A DNA stretch of 64,000 bases from Mucilaginibacter sp. (GCF_028288205.1 NZ_JAQBOD010000055.1:36434-100433), one strand, 5' to 3'; counted from the first letter of the stretch, positions 29,946-39,762 are shown. Made by a program: numbers and translations. Notes: generated from the sequence alone by a model not told the origin.

Positions 29946-30032
29946 TGTGCAAATATGCAAATGCGTGGATGTGCAGATGCTTATAAATTATTTAATTCAT
30001 CTGCACACTTGCACATCCGCACATTTGCATAT
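29945..30032. repeat. inverted 8-nt tandem arrays, no cargo
   Basis: ATGTGCAA ATATGCAA ATGCGTGG ATGTGCAG ATG / 18-nt loop / CATCTGCA CACTTGCA CATCCGCA CATTTGCA TAT. Confidence 0.9.
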
Positions 30033-30119
30033 CATAACGTCACACACAGGTCATAACTATTTTAGGGTAGCATATTAATCAAAAAGCTATTTAACTTTGT
30101 TAAGTAAATAAAGATCAAG

Positions 30120-30671
30120 ATGAATATCAACGTATATACAGAGTCTACGCCTAACCCGGCAACAATGAAGTTCATTGTGAACAAGTTGCTGATAAATGGC
30201 AGTACAGATTTCGCTACTAAAGAAAGTGCAGAAAAATCGCCTTTTGCTAAGGAACTATATAAATTTTCATTTGTAAACGGTGTTTTCTTCGCCAGTAATT
30301 TTGTTACGGTTACCAAAACAGAAGGTACAGACTGGGAAGATATTGAGCCGATATTAAAAGAGTTTGTAAAAGGCGCTGTTGAATCTGAATTAAAAGTACA
30401 GATAGAAGAGCAAACCGGCGAAGTTGATTTTGAAGGGACCGATACCGAAATCAAAATTCAGCAAATATTAAATGATTACGTTCGCCCGGCTGTTGAGCAG
30501 GATGGCGGCGCTATCTCCTACCGTTCGTTTACCGAAGGTGTGGTTACTGTTGAACTGCGCGGTTCATGCAGCGGATGCCCGTCATCAACCATCACTTTGA
30601 AAGCAGGTATTGAGAATTTGCTTAAACGTATGGTTCCTGAAGTTACAGAAGTAGTATCGGAAGCCCTTTAA
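30120..30671 (+). CDS. nfuA: NifU/NfuA-family Fe-S carrier
   Basis: ESTPNPATMKF, VRPAV..DGG, GSCSGCPSS..TLK.GIE. Confidence 0.9.
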   Translation: MNINVYTESTPNPATMKFIVNKLLINGSTDFATKESAEKSPFAKELYKFSFVNGVFFASNFVTVTKTEGTDWEDIEPILKEFVKGAVESELKVQIEEQTGEVDFEGTDTEIKIQQILNDYVRPAVEQDGGAISYRSFTEGVVTVELRGSCSGCPSSTITLKAGIENLLKRMVPEVTEVVSEAL

Positions 30672-30676
30672 TTCTT

Positions 30677-30780
30677 GATTTCACAGATTTAGAAAAGGAT
30701 TACACCGATTAAAATAAGGATTGCACAGATTTGTGTGATCCTTTTTTTAATCGGTGTAATCAAACAAAATCAGTGAAATC
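30677..30780. repeat. inverted arrays of GATT.CAC.GATT units
   Basis: GATTTCACAGATT, GATTACACCGATT, GATTGCACAGATT then TGTGTGATC, AATCGGTGTAATC, AATCAGTGAAATC. Confidence 0.85.
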
Positions 30781-30782
30781 CT

Positions 30783-31574
30783 CTACCTAAAATACTGTTG
30801 AATTGCCTGCAGCATCTCCTCCGTAAACCTCCCGTTAGTAGCCAACAACTCACGGGTATCTAAAACTTCGTCTCCGCCTTTAAAATTTACTACGTGGCCT
30901 CCGGCTTGCTTTACTATTACAATGCCTGCAGCAGCATCCCACGCATTAAGATTGTATTCATAATAAGCATCAAAACGCCCGGCAGCCGTATAAGCCAAAT
31001 CAACAGCTGCTGATCCCAGGCGGCGCAAACCGTGGCAGTTTTTCATCAGGTAGGTAAACAGTTCAATATATTGCGGCTGTTTTTCAAAATTATAATACGG
31101 GAAACCGGTAGCAATTAAGCTATCGCCAATTTTTGGGGCCTTGCTTACTTTAATTTCTTTGCCGTTCAGGTACGCGGGTGCACCTTTCCATGCATAAAAG
31201 CATTCGTCCTGGTTAATTTCGTACACCACACCTAAAACCAACTCATCATATTCTTTAAGCGCTATGCTAACAGAAAATACCGGCAAGCCATGAATAAAAT
31301 TGGTAGTACCATCAAGCGGATCAATTATCCAATTATATCTTTCGGCTATTTTGTTTTTGGTTTGTTCTTCAGTTATAAAGCCGGCATCGGGTATTATTTT
31401 CTCCAATCCGGCTACTATTATCCCTTCGGCAGTTTTATCAACATACGATACCAGGTCATTTAACCCTTTATATTCTATTTTATCAGCATTAAAGGTTTTT
31501 CTTTCCTGACGGATAAAATCTCCAACTTGTTTAGAAAGCTCAATTACTTGGTTTGCTACTTGCTCCAGCTGCAT
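30783..31574 (-). CDS. suhB: inositol monophosphatase family
   Basis: WIIDPLDGTTNF, RRLGSAA, WDAAAG. Confidence 0.92.
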   Translation of the reverse strand: MQLEQVANQVIELSKQVGDFIRQERKTFNADKIEYKGLNDLVSYVDKTAEGIIVAGLEKIIPDAGFITEEQTKNKIAERYNWIIDPLDGTTNFIHGLPVFSVSIALKEYDELVLGVVYEINQDECFYAWKGAPAYLNGKEIKVSKAPKIGDSLIATGFPYYNFEKQPQYIELFTYLMKNCHGLRRLGSAAVDLAYTAAGRFDAYYEYNLNAWDAAAGIVIVKQAGGHVVNFKGGDEVLDTRELLATNGRFTEEMLQAIQQYFR

Positions 31575-32025
31575 GATGTCTTAATGATAGGCTAAATGAA
31601 AAAAATTTATGTACAAAAAAGCTCGCGAAAAACAAACTTAGCGCAGCCGCTACCCTTGCCATTGGTGGATACATATTTAATGACCTTATAAAAATATCTA
31701 ACAGACTTAAATTTGCAAAAAAGCCAATTATAGCTACTGTAACAAATCGTATAAATTGCTTTGCCGGTGATGAAACCGACTCGTTAAATACCATGTACCG
31801 GGTTATTAAAAAATTAACCACCACACCTAAAAAGAAAGATATAGCTAAAGAAATTGTATAGTTATCGAAAGTATAGGAAAGAACATTATAAGTTGGCTGT
31901 TCCAGGAAATTATGATAGAACATATAGAAAGCAAATACGTCAACCAAAAAACCTGCACCTGCCGAAAACACAAACCTAGCTACCTGATTTTTAAACAGCT
32001 TTTGCCTAAATGAATTATTAGCCAT
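31540..32025 (-). CDS. GtrA-family membrane protein
   Basis: RFVFSAG.G..VD, NF.I.RY.VF, QFIRF; four TM segments. Confidence 0.8.
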   Translation of the reverse strand: MANNSFRQKLFKNQVARFVFSAGAGFLVDVFAFYMFYHNFLEQPTYNVLSYTFDNYTISLAISFFLGVVVNFLITRYMVFNESVSSPAKQFIRFVTVAIIGFFANLSLLDIFIRSLNMYPPMARVAAALSLFFASFFVHKFFSFSLSLRHHAAGASSKPSN

Positions 32026-33190
32026 GCTGTGCTTTTACTTTTTTATCCTTATTCAATCCTGATATAATTAAGTACATTCCTCCCAGGAACAAACAGAGAG
32101 ATATCATTTCGGCTTGTGTAAATGATATACCTGCGACATGGTAACGTGTATTTACGCGTATTAATTCAATTAAAAAGCGCTCAATACCATTTAATACCAG
32201 GTAAATACCAAACATTACACCCGGTATTTTAATACGGCTACGAATGCTCCATAAAAACAGGAATAAAAGTAAACATATTACACACTCATAAAATGAGGTT
32301 GGGAATACCGCTTCTCTTAGTTCATTACAATACTTGCCTACACAATTGGCAATTTTATTGCCCTGGTCTTCCATGCTTACGTTATGCGGAAACTTGAATG
32401 CCCACATCCAATCAGGGGCCCAGCTTAACCAATGTGGTTTTGGTGCATGATTAGGTATTCCCCAATCACCATCGCCAGACATCTGGCAGCCAATGCGACC
32501 AATAGCGTAAGCTAACATCATACCCGGCCCGCCAATATCCAGCATATTTAATGGTTTTATACCATGTTTATTTGCAATATAAAGTACCGCGGCTCCCCCA
32601 CATATTAAACCGCCATAAAAGGTAAGTCCGCTAAAACCAATAAGCATACCTACCGGGTCGCGCATAAACTCGTCCCAGTTTTCTAAAGCATTGAACAGTT
32701 TGGCGCCGGCAAAGCCACAAACTGCGGCCCATAATAATATGTTACCCATTAATTCGTACGGATGAACTGTTATTTTTTGGGTTACCGGCTTGTCTAATTT
32801 TTGCTTTTTATTTTCGGCATATGCCCAGTAGGCAAATACTGCCGCCAAAATAATTCCCCCTACAAAATTGCCGCGGGTAGATAAAACAAATGCCTGCGGA
32901 TCATCAATAAAAGCATGGTAGTTAAATACCATATCTAATAATTTATAACCCAATACAAATCCAAAAATGCCATTACCTATTAATTCAGGTATTGTAATAG
33001 CCGAACCCACAGTTACTGTTTTCTCGAAAGAATGGATATAGCCTAATTTTTCTTTGCGCTTAAATTCTTCACTAAAGGCCCAATAGGCTGCTATAAATGC
33101 TATCGCTACAAAAAACCCAAAAGTTTGTATGGGCAGAAGGATATCTAAACCGGTAAGATATTTTATAAGCGAGCTAATACTTGGAAACAT
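32018..33190 (-). CDS. lgt: prolipoprotein diacylglyceryl transferase family
   Basis: GLTFYGG, AIGRIGC...GDGDWG, PTSFYE, ERFLIE.IR. Confidence 0.88.
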   Translation of the reverse strand: MFPSISSLIKYLTGLDILLPIQTFGFFVAIAFIAAYWAFSEEFKRKEKLGYIHSFEKTVTVGSAITIPELIGNGIFGFVLGYKLLDMVFNYHAFIDDPQAFVLSTRGNFVGGIILAAVFAYWAYAENKKQKLDKPVTQKITVHPYELMGNILLWAAVCGFAGAKLFNALENWDEFMRDPVGMLIGFSGLTFYGGLICGGAAVLYIANKHGIKPLNMLDIGGPGMMLAYAIGRIGCQMSGDGDWGIPNHAPKPHWLSWAPDWMWAFKFPHNVSMEDQGNKIANCVGKYCNELREAVFPTSFYECVICLLLFLFLWSIRSRIKIPGVMFGIYLVLNGIERFLIELIRVNTRYHVAGISFTQAEMISLCLFLGGMYLIISGLNKDKKVKAQHG

Positions 33191-33218
33191 AGTTAGATAA
33201 TTTGCAGCGAATATAGAG

Positions 33219-34538
33219 TTAATGTACTAATATTTCCTGGCCCTCGGTTATTTCAACATCACCATCAGGTGATATTTGTGTTAAATAAACATTTTTTAAT
33301 TCGTTTACCAATACCGGGTCGTACTTGGTTTTAACTTTTACATAGTTGCGGGTAAAACCATGCATAAAACCTTCTTTAATATCGCCCTCAAACAGTACCT
33401 CTTCTGTCCGGCCTAATTGGGTATCATAAAATGCGCGGCGTTTTTTGTCAGATAATATGTGCAGCATCTTACTCCTGTCGGCCCGTGTTGAACCGGGTAC
33501 AACACCGCTCATTTCGGCCGCTAAAGTATTTTCACGTTCAGAATAAGTGAATACATGCAGGTATGCTATATTCAGCTCGTTTAAAAAGTTATAAGTATCT
33601 ATAAAATCTTCTCTTGTTTCGCCCGGGAAGCCAACAATCACATCCACTCCAATACAGCAATTTGGCATAAGCTGTTTTATCTTAGCTACCCTATCTACAT
33701 ATAGCTCGCGTTTATACCGGCGGCGCATCAGGCTTAGTATTTTGTTAGAGCCTGATTGTAATGGAATATGAAAATGCGGCACAAATCTTTTAGAATTAGC
33801 TACAAATTCAATGATCTCATCTGTTAATAAATTAGGCTCGATGGATGATATGCGTATACGGTCAATACCTTCTACTTCATCCAGCGCCTTTACCAGGTCA
33901 AAGAATTTAGTTTCGCGCTTGCCATTAATTATACCGAAATCGCCCAGGTTAACCCCGGTTAGCACTATCTCTTTTACATCTGATGCAGCTATTTGTTTAG
34001 CTTGCTCAATTACATTTTCAATAGTATCGCTCCTGCTTGCGCCGCGTGCTAATGGTATGGTACAAAATGAGCAGGAATAATCGCAACCATCCTGAACCTT
34101 CAAAAAGGTACGCGTGCGATCGCCAAAAGAATGTGCAGGAATAAACTCGTTAGCCGCCGTTACCGGCTGATTATATATTAATGTTTTAGGATTTTTAGTA
34201 AGATCAGTAATATGATCTATGATCTGAAACTTCTCTGCAGCGCCTAAAACCATATCAACACCCGGGATTTCGGCAATCTCTTTAGGTTTTAGCTGTGCAT
34301 AACAGCCTACTATGGTTATGTAAGCATTGGGTGATACTTTAAGCGCTTCTTTTACAACCTTTCTGCACTTTTTATCAGCATGATCGGTCACCGAGCAGGT
34401 ATTAATAACATATACATCGGGCGTATTAGTAAAATCAACGGTATCAAAACCCGCGTTACTAAAAAGGCGGCCTAGTGTTGACGTTTCAGAATAGTTGAGT
34501 TTGCAACCCAGTGTATAAAAAGCGACTTTCTTATTCAT
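33219..34538 (-). CDS. mtaB: tRNA t6A37 methylthiotransferase
   Basis: [30 protein letters not shown] radical SAM motif. Confidence 0.95.
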   Translation of the reverse strand: MNKKVAFYTLGCKLNYSETSTLGRLFSNAGFDTVDFTNTPDVYVINTCSVTDHADKKCRKVVKEALKVSPNAYITIVGCYAQLKPKEIAEIPGVDMVLGAAEKFQIIDHITDLTKNPKTLIYNQPVTAANEFIPAHSFGDRTRTFLKVQDGCDYSCSFCTIPLARGASRSDTIENVIEQAKQIAASDVKEIVLTGVNLGDFGIINGKRETKFFDLVKALDEVEGIDRIRISSIEPNLLTDEIIEFVANSKRFVPHFHIPLQSGSNKILSLMRRRYKRELYVDRVAKIKQLMPNCCIGVDVIVGFPGETREDFIDTYNFLNELNIAYLHVFTYSERENTLAAEMSGVVPGSTRADRSKMLHILSDKKRRAFYDTQLGRTEEVLFEGDIKEGFMHGFTRNYVKVKTKYDPVLVNELKNVYLTQISPDGDVEITEGQEILVH

Positions 34539-34562
34539 TTTTCCGGTTGCAAATATAAATAT

Positions 34563-34654
34563 AATGAGCGAATGATGGAATGAGTGGTTGAGTGAATGTT
34601 TTTAACACCGCAAGATCAATATTCCATCATTCACTAATCGCTCATTCACTAATT
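34563..34654. repeat. inverted 8-nt tandem arrays, no cargo
   Basis: AATGAGCG AATGATGG AATGAGTG GTTGAGTG AATG ... ATT CCATCATT CACTAAT CGCTCATT CACTAATT. Confidence 0.88.
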
Positions 34655-34657
34655 ATT

Positions 34658-35218
34658 TTACTCGCCCCAACGATAACTATCATTGTCCAATCCTATCAAA
34701 TCTATTACCCTATTTACAACTGTTAAGGCTACTTCTTCAACTGTTTGCGGTTTGTTGTAGAACGAAGGCACTGCCGGGCAAATTATCCCACCAGCCTCGG
34801 TAACGGTTGCCATATTACGTATGTGGATGAGATTTAATGGTGTATCACGGGCCACCAAAATCAGTTTACGGCGCTCTTTTAGTATCACGTCGGCAGCGCG
34901 GCTTACCAGGTCGTCAGATATTCCGCCTGCAATTCTACCCAAAGTACCCATAGAGCAGGGTATAATTACCATAGTATCAAACTTTGCAGAGCCAGATGCA
35001 AAGGGCGCCATGAAATCGTTTTTAGCATAAAATTTATAAGGATAATTGGTATAATCTTCATTATCCAATTCAAATTGCCATACTTGCTTTGCATTATCAG
35101 ACATAATTAGCGCAACCTCGGCTATTTGGCTGTTTAGCTGCTGTAGTTTGTTCAATAATAACCTGGCATATATTGCGCCGCTGGCGCCGGTAATAGCAAC
35201 TACAATTTTTTTCTTCAT
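34658..35218 (-). CDS. ubiX: flavin prenyltransferase
   Basis: VAITGASG, ASGS, PCSMGTL, RAADVILKERR, P.FY..P. Confidence 0.95.
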   Translation of the reverse strand: MKKKIVVAITGASGAIYARLLLNKLQQLNSQIAEVALIMSDNAKQVWQFELDNEDYTNYPYKFYAKNDFMAPFASGSAKFDTMVIIPCSMGTLGRIAGGISDDLVSRAADVILKERRKLILVARDTPLNLIHIRNMATVTEAGGIICPAVPSFYNKPQTVEEVALTVVNRVIDLIGLDNDSYRWGE

Positions 35219-35260
35219 GATTATTGGTTAACAAACCAAGGGGATTAAAGTTACGGGTAC

Positions 35261-35330
35261 AAAAAAGGGTCGAATAACTAGTACCCGACCCTACATCTAC
35301 CTATGAAAAACATGCCCTTTGAGAGGGCAT
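35261..35330 (-). ncRNA. candidate ~70-nt small RNA
   Basis: TACATTTG -7 box (35333-35340), 5' hairpin ATGCCCT/AGGGCAT, linker GTTTTTCATAGGTAGATGT, terminator GGGTCG/CGACCC + T6. Confidence 0.55.
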
Positions 35331-35381
35331 TACAAATGTAATAACACTTTTTTAATTATTAAACAATTTATTAAAATTAAT

Positions 35382-36269
35382 TTAATGTGATTTGACGTAA
35401 TTTTTATCTATTAATGTTTGTATAATACCATCAACCATGCCTACGCTGGGCACATACATGCTCTTAATGCCGGCCCATTTCATTACAGATAAATATATTT
35501 CGCAGGCCGGTATAATAACATCTGCCCTATCCTGGTTTAGGCCCAACACATTAATACGGTCTTTTAACGAAAATGAATCAAGATAACTGTAAAGCGATTT
35601 AAGCTTATTAAAGGTTAATGGTGAGTTATCTTTTTCTTCGGATAATTTATAAAGCTTATTAATATTTCCACCGGTACCAATGCCTGATATATTTTTAAAA
35701 TGCCTGGTATGCTCCCGTATAAATTCTCTCATGGAGTTCCATGATTCCTCTGTATCCTGGTTATCCAGTATGCGGATGGTACCAATGTTAAAAGATTTAG
35801 ACGCTACTAAATCGCCTGATGAAAATAGCGAAAGCTCTGTACTGCCGCCACCTACATCAATATATAAATAGTTTTTTGTTCTGTCTATATTTTGCTCTGC
35901 GTGACTGGCATAAATGATCCGTGCTTCCGCTTGTCCCTGAACAATTTCCAGATCGATATTTGCCTGCTCCTTTATTTGCTTTACAACATCATCACCATTT
36001 TTAGCTTCGCGCATGGCAGATGTGGCACAAGCCATATAATCGCCAACCTTGTATACATCCATAAGGTTACGGAAAGCATGCATGGTTTTTACCAGATCAG
36101 TTGCTTTTCTATCAGAAATATGCTGATTTAAAAACGCGTCATCACCCAAACGTAATGGTACCCGGATTAACGTATTTTTTTTAAATGAAACTGATCCGTC
36201 ATTTTCAATTATATCAGCAATAAGTAATCTTACCGCGTTCGAACCTATATCTATTGCTGCGTATCTCAA
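35382..36269 (-). CDS. ppx: exopolyphosphatase, Ppx/GppA family
   Basis: AIDIGSNAVRL, ATSAMREA, DVGGGSTE, DRADVI; TTG start overlaps ppk1 stop. Confidence 0.93.
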   Translation of the reverse strand: MRYAAIDIGSNAVRLLIADIIENDGSVSFKKNTLIRVPLRLGDDAFLNQHISDRKATDLVKTMHAFRNLMDVYKVGDYMACATSAMREAKNGDDVVKQIKEQANIDLEIVQGQAEARIIYASHAEQNIDRTKNYLYIDVGGGSTELSLFSSGDLVASKSFNIGTIRILDNQDTEESWNSMREFIREHTRHFKNISGIGTGGNINKLYKLSEEKDNSPLTFNKLKSLYSYLDSFSLKDRINVLGLNQDRADVIIPACEIYLSVMKWAGIKSMYVPSVGMVDGIIQTLIDKNYVKSH

Positions 36270-38320
36270 TTTATTTTGCTTTTATTTTTCAGATAATTAT
36301 AAATGTCTATTTGTGCCCTCACCGGTATCTCAGAATTTGTTTTATGGTACTTGTTGGTATTGTGACTATTAATTTCGCGTGCTTTGGTATTATCGTTAAG
36401 CTGAATATCAATTATATCCCTTATCTCTTTCTTGATTTTTTTATCATAGATAGGGAAACCAACCTCAACACGGGTATCAATGTTCCTGGTCATAAAATCG
36501 GCAGATGTTAAGTACATCAGTTCGTCTCCGCCATTACAATAAATATGTACACGGGCATGTTCCAGGTATTTGTCTACAATGCTTACTACCTCAATATTTT
36601 CGCTGTAACCTTTTATACCGGGCACCAGGCAGCACATGCCTCTTATTATCATTTTAATTTTTACACCGGCGTTACTGGCCTGGTATAGTTTAGTAATTAA
36701 CTGCTCATCAGCCAGGCTATTCATTTTCAGGATCATGTAAGCGGGCTTTTTGGCCCTGGCATGCCTGATCTCGGTATCTATCAATTTATAAATTGCCTGC
36801 CGCGAATCAATTGGCGACACAATAAGGCTCTTTAACCCTTTAGGTAATATGTTTTTATTTAAAGCTTTAAAAACATTTACCAAATCATTAGTTATTTTTT
36901 TATTGGAAGTGAGTAGGGTGTGGTCGGCATACATCCCCGCCGTTTTCTCATTATAATTTCCGGTAGATAAGCAAGCATAGTAAGCCAGTTTATCCTTTTC
37001 TGTGCGGCTTACTAAACATATTTTAGCGTGTACCTTATACCCATCAATACCGTATAATACATTTACACCCTCTTCTTCCAGCCTGCGGCTCCAGGTAATA
37101 TTGTTTTGTTCATCAAAACGCGCCCGCAGCTCAATTAAACAATTTACTTTCTTGCCATTTTTTGCCGCATTTATCAAAGCATGCATTATACGCGAATTTT
37201 CTGCAAGGCGATACACCGCGATACTTATCTCTTTAACCTTTGGGTCAATAGCGGCCTCACGTAAAAAGTGGATCACATAATCATACGTTTGATAAGGAGT
37301 GTTGATTAGATAATCCTGCTTAGCTATCATAGCCATTAAGCTTTTATCAAACGTCAGGTTATCAACCGGTAATGCTGCATATCTTACATACTCCAGCTCG
37401 GGCCCGCCCACGTTAGGGAAAGCAATGAAATTTTTAAAGTTATGGTAACGGTTGCCGGGGATAAGGCTTTCGCCATGCAGGCCCATTTTGCTTACCAAAT
37501 ACTTTAACATATCCAGCGGCATTTCAGAGTCATATAGTAAACGCATAGGTTTACCCCTACGCCGTTTTTGTAAGCTTTTAGATAATGAATCAATAAATTT
37601 CTCGCTTACTTCCTTATCCAGATCTAATTCTGCATCGCGGGTAAGCTGTATGGAATAGGCATCAATATTATCATGCTCGAATATAAAGAAGATATCCTCC
37701 AGGCTGTACCGTATAATATCATCTAATAAAATAATAAATTTCAGGTTATTAGTTTCGGGTAATACAATAAACCTGGAAAGATTATCCGGTATTTCAATTA
37801 AAGCGTATGTTATTTTTTTATCCTTAGTAAGCTTTACAAAAAAGTATATGGAACGGTCGCGCAGCTCTGGCAATATATTTGTATTATCCAGCATAATGGG
37901 CACCAGCGTTGCCAATAGTTTTTCGCGGAAATAGCTTTTTACGAATGTACCCCGAGCTACATTTAACTGTTTATCATTAAGTAGGAATATCTTTTCTTCG
38001 GCAAGCTGTTTAACAATGATATTTTCATACAGGTTATTAAACTTCCGTTCTTGTTTTACAACAACGTTTTTTATTTGGTTTAATAGCTTTTTGGGGTTAT
38101 AACCTAAAATTTCCTTAGCCTTTTCATTCAAGTTGGTAAGGCGGCTTAATGTTGCCACCCTAACGCGGTAAAACTCATCAAGATTTGACGAAAAAATAGC
38201 AAGAAACTTTATCCTTTCAATTAAGGGTACAGTTGGATCGGCTGCTTCTTGTAAAACGCGTTCGTTAAAATATAACCAGCTAATTTCTCTGTTAATTAAA
38301 GGTATGCGTTTAATATCCAT
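36266..38320 (-). CDS. ppk1: polyphosphate kinase 1
   Basis: NREISWL.FN.RVLQEA, SSNLDEFYRVRV, ELRARFDE, KVHAK, LEHAR. Confidence 0.97.
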   Translation of the reverse strand: MDIKRIPLINREISWLYFNERVLQEAADPTVPLIERIKFLAIFSSNLDEFYRVRVATLSRLTNLNEKAKEILGYNPKKLLNQIKNVVVKQERKFNNLYENIIVKQLAEEKIFLLNDKQLNVARGTFVKSYFREKLLATLVPIMLDNTNILPELRDRSIYFFVKLTKDKKITYALIEIPDNLSRFIVLPETNNLKFIILLDDIIRYSLEDIFFIFEHDNIDAYSIQLTRDAELDLDKEVSEKFIDSLSKSLQKRRRGKPMRLLYDSEMPLDMLKYLVSKMGLHGESLIPGNRYHNFKNFIAFPNVGGPELEYVRYAALPVDNLTFDKSLMAMIAKQDYLINTPYQTYDYVIHFLREAAIDPKVKEISIAVYRLAENSRIMHALINAAKNGKKVNCLIELRARFDEQNNITWSRRLEEEGVNVLYGIDGYKVHAKICLVSRTEKDKLAYYACLSTGNYNEKTAGMYADHTLLTSNKKITNDLVNVFKALNKNILPKGLKSLIVSPIDSRQAIYKLIDTEIRHARAKKPAYMILKMNSLADEQLITKLYQASNAGVKIKMIIRGMCCLVPGIKGYSENIEVVSIVDKYLEHARVHIYCNGGDELMYLTSADFMTRNIDTRVEVGFPIYDKKIKKEIRDIIDIQLNDNTKAREINSHNTNKYHKTNSEIPVRAQIDIYNYLKNKSKIN

Positions 38321-38500
38321 ATAAATTGAGTGCTTTGCAGCACTGTATGCAAATCTGCTTATTTATTTGTTAAGTTAATATTAAGTGATTGGTATATTAT
38401 GCTTTTGTTTTTAACAATAATAGTTACTATTTGATTTTATGGCTTTATATATACTATCATTACATTAATTTTGTAAACATCAATTTTAAACCAATTACCC

Positions 38501-38992
38501 ATGCCAACTTTTGATATAGTAAGCAAAATAGACGGCCAAACGCTGGATAATGCTATCAACATTGCTAAAAAAGAAATTTTGAACCGTTATGATTTTAACG
38601 ACTCAAAAAGCACCATAGAGCTTGATAAAAAGACTAACGTAATAACGGTAGTTACCGAGAACGATATGCGTATTAAAGCCATACAGGACGCCATTATAAG
38701 CCGTATGGTAAAGCAGCAGCTTGACCCAAAAGCAATGGATTTTGGTAAGGAAATAGCCGCGTCGGGCAACATGATACGTAAAGAAATTAAGATAAAGCAA
38801 GGCCTTGACCAGGATACCGCTAAAAAAATTGTTAAGAAAATTAAAGACAGCGGCTTAAAGGTACAGGCCAGCATAATGGATGACCAGGTGCGCGTACAAG
38901 CCAAAAAGATCGACGACCTGCAAGCGGTTATCGCCCTTTGCCGCAAAGAAAGTTTTGACCAGCCATTGCAGTATATTAATATGCGTGATTAA
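38501..38992 (+). CDS. yajQ: YajQ-family nucleotide-binding protein
   Basis: MPTFDIVS, NRYDF, KVQASI.DDQVRV..KK.DDLQ. Confidence 0.95.
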   Translation: MPTFDIVSKIDGQTLDNAINIAKKEILNRYDFNDSKSTIELDKKTNVITVVTENDMRIKAIQDAIISRMVKQQLDPKAMDFGKEIAASGNMIRKEIKIKQGLDQDTAKKIVKKIKDSGLKVQASIMDDQVRVQAKKIDDLQAVIALCRKESFDQPLQYINMRD

Positions 38993-39005
38993 GCAGCTTA
39001 TAAAG

Positions 39006-39033
39006 CCCTGTCCTTTAGAGAGGGTGGATGAGG
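39006..39033 (+). repeat. degenerate CCCTCT..AGAGGG..GTGAG REP-like unit
   Basis: CCCTGTCCTTTAGAGAGGGTGGATGAGG, similar to the units inside 62997-63213. Confidence 0.45.
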
Positions 39034-39040
39034 CCAAAAC

Positions 39041-39077
39041 GAAAAAGACCGTCCCCAAAACGGAAACGGCCTTTTTC
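39041..39077. terminator. bidirectional intrinsic terminator
   Basis: GAAAAAGACCGT...ACGGCCTTTTTC between convergent yajQ and hsp20. Confidence 0.85.
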
Positions 39078-39190
39078 AAACTAAACCAACATTACTATTA
39101 TGAAAACTCTCTTTTCGGTATTCCTCGGTCCGGTCCTCTTCACTCATAAAGCTTCCCCACAAACCGGACCTTTGGATTTCCCGATATAAC
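39041..39190 (-). ncRNA. structured hsp20 3'UTR / candidate 3'-derived sRNA
   Basis: interrupted stem TCGG..TCC..GGTCCGGT / ACCGGACC..GGA..CCGA, then GTTTTCATAATAGTAATGTTGGTTTAG, then terminator. Confidence 0.4.
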
Positions 39191-39628
39191 TTATTTTACA
39201 GCTAGTTCTCTTGATTGAAATTTAGCTTCATCTTTTTTAGCGATGGTCAATTTCAAAATTCCGGCTGTATAATCAGCTTCTATTTTTGAATGATCCGCGC
39301 TTTCAGGTAAGGTAAATGACCTTGAAAATGAATTAAAGCTGTATTCGCGTTTGGTAAATTTTTTATTCTCATCCACGGTTTCAGTTTTCTTTTCGGCCGA
39401 AACGCTTAATACATCTTTATCCAAATTAATTTTAAAATCTTCTTTGCTTAAGCCCGGTACTGCTAATTCAACTTCAAATTGATTATCGCTTTCTGCAATG
39501 TTTACCGCAGGTGTACGGGTTGCTAATTTTTCGTTTAAAAACGAATCGTTTAATAATGAATACACATCATTAAAAAATGGATTCACTAAACTGTTTTTTT
39601 GATCCTTGCCAAATTTTACTAAAGTCAT
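39191..39628 (-). CDS. Hsp20/alpha-crystallin small heat shock protein
   Basis: PAVNI.E, LAVPG, RE.S..SF.RSFTLP, A.Y..GIL.L.I.K. Confidence 0.96.
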   Translation of the reverse strand: MTLVKFGKDQKNSLVNPFFNDVYSLLNDSFLNEKLATRTPAVNIAESDNQFEVELAVPGLSKEDFKINLDKDVLSVSAEKKTETVDENKKFTKREYSFNSFSRSFTLPESADHSKIEADYTAGILKLTIAKKDEAKFQSRELAVK

Positions 39629-39676
39629 TTTTATATCCTCCTAAGTTTTTGTTTTATTATCTTCGCCAGTGGTTGT

Positions 39677-39757
39677 TCAACTGTTGTACCAATAGCTTTT
39701 TGAAGTTATTTAGAAGACAATTTGTCGTTTAACTATATTTTTACCAGACATAATGGC
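39677..39757 (-). promoter_or_regulatory. sigma54-like promoter plus two GACA-N3-TGTC-type palindromes upstream of hsp20
   Basis: TGGTAC-AACAG-TTGA (39677-39691, minus); GACAATTTGTC 39716-39726; GACATAATGGC 39747-39757. Confidence 0.45.
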
Positions 39758-39762
39758 ACACA

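Noticed and set aside
30677..30780. CRISPR array
   Set aside because: Units are only 13 nt, degenerate and arranged as an inverted set; no spacers of CRISPR length and no cas genes.
35303..35341. Plus-strand mini-ORF beginning MKNMPFERALQM
   Set aside because: Very short, no upstream promoter seen; the promoter and terminator both point to a minus-strand RNA.
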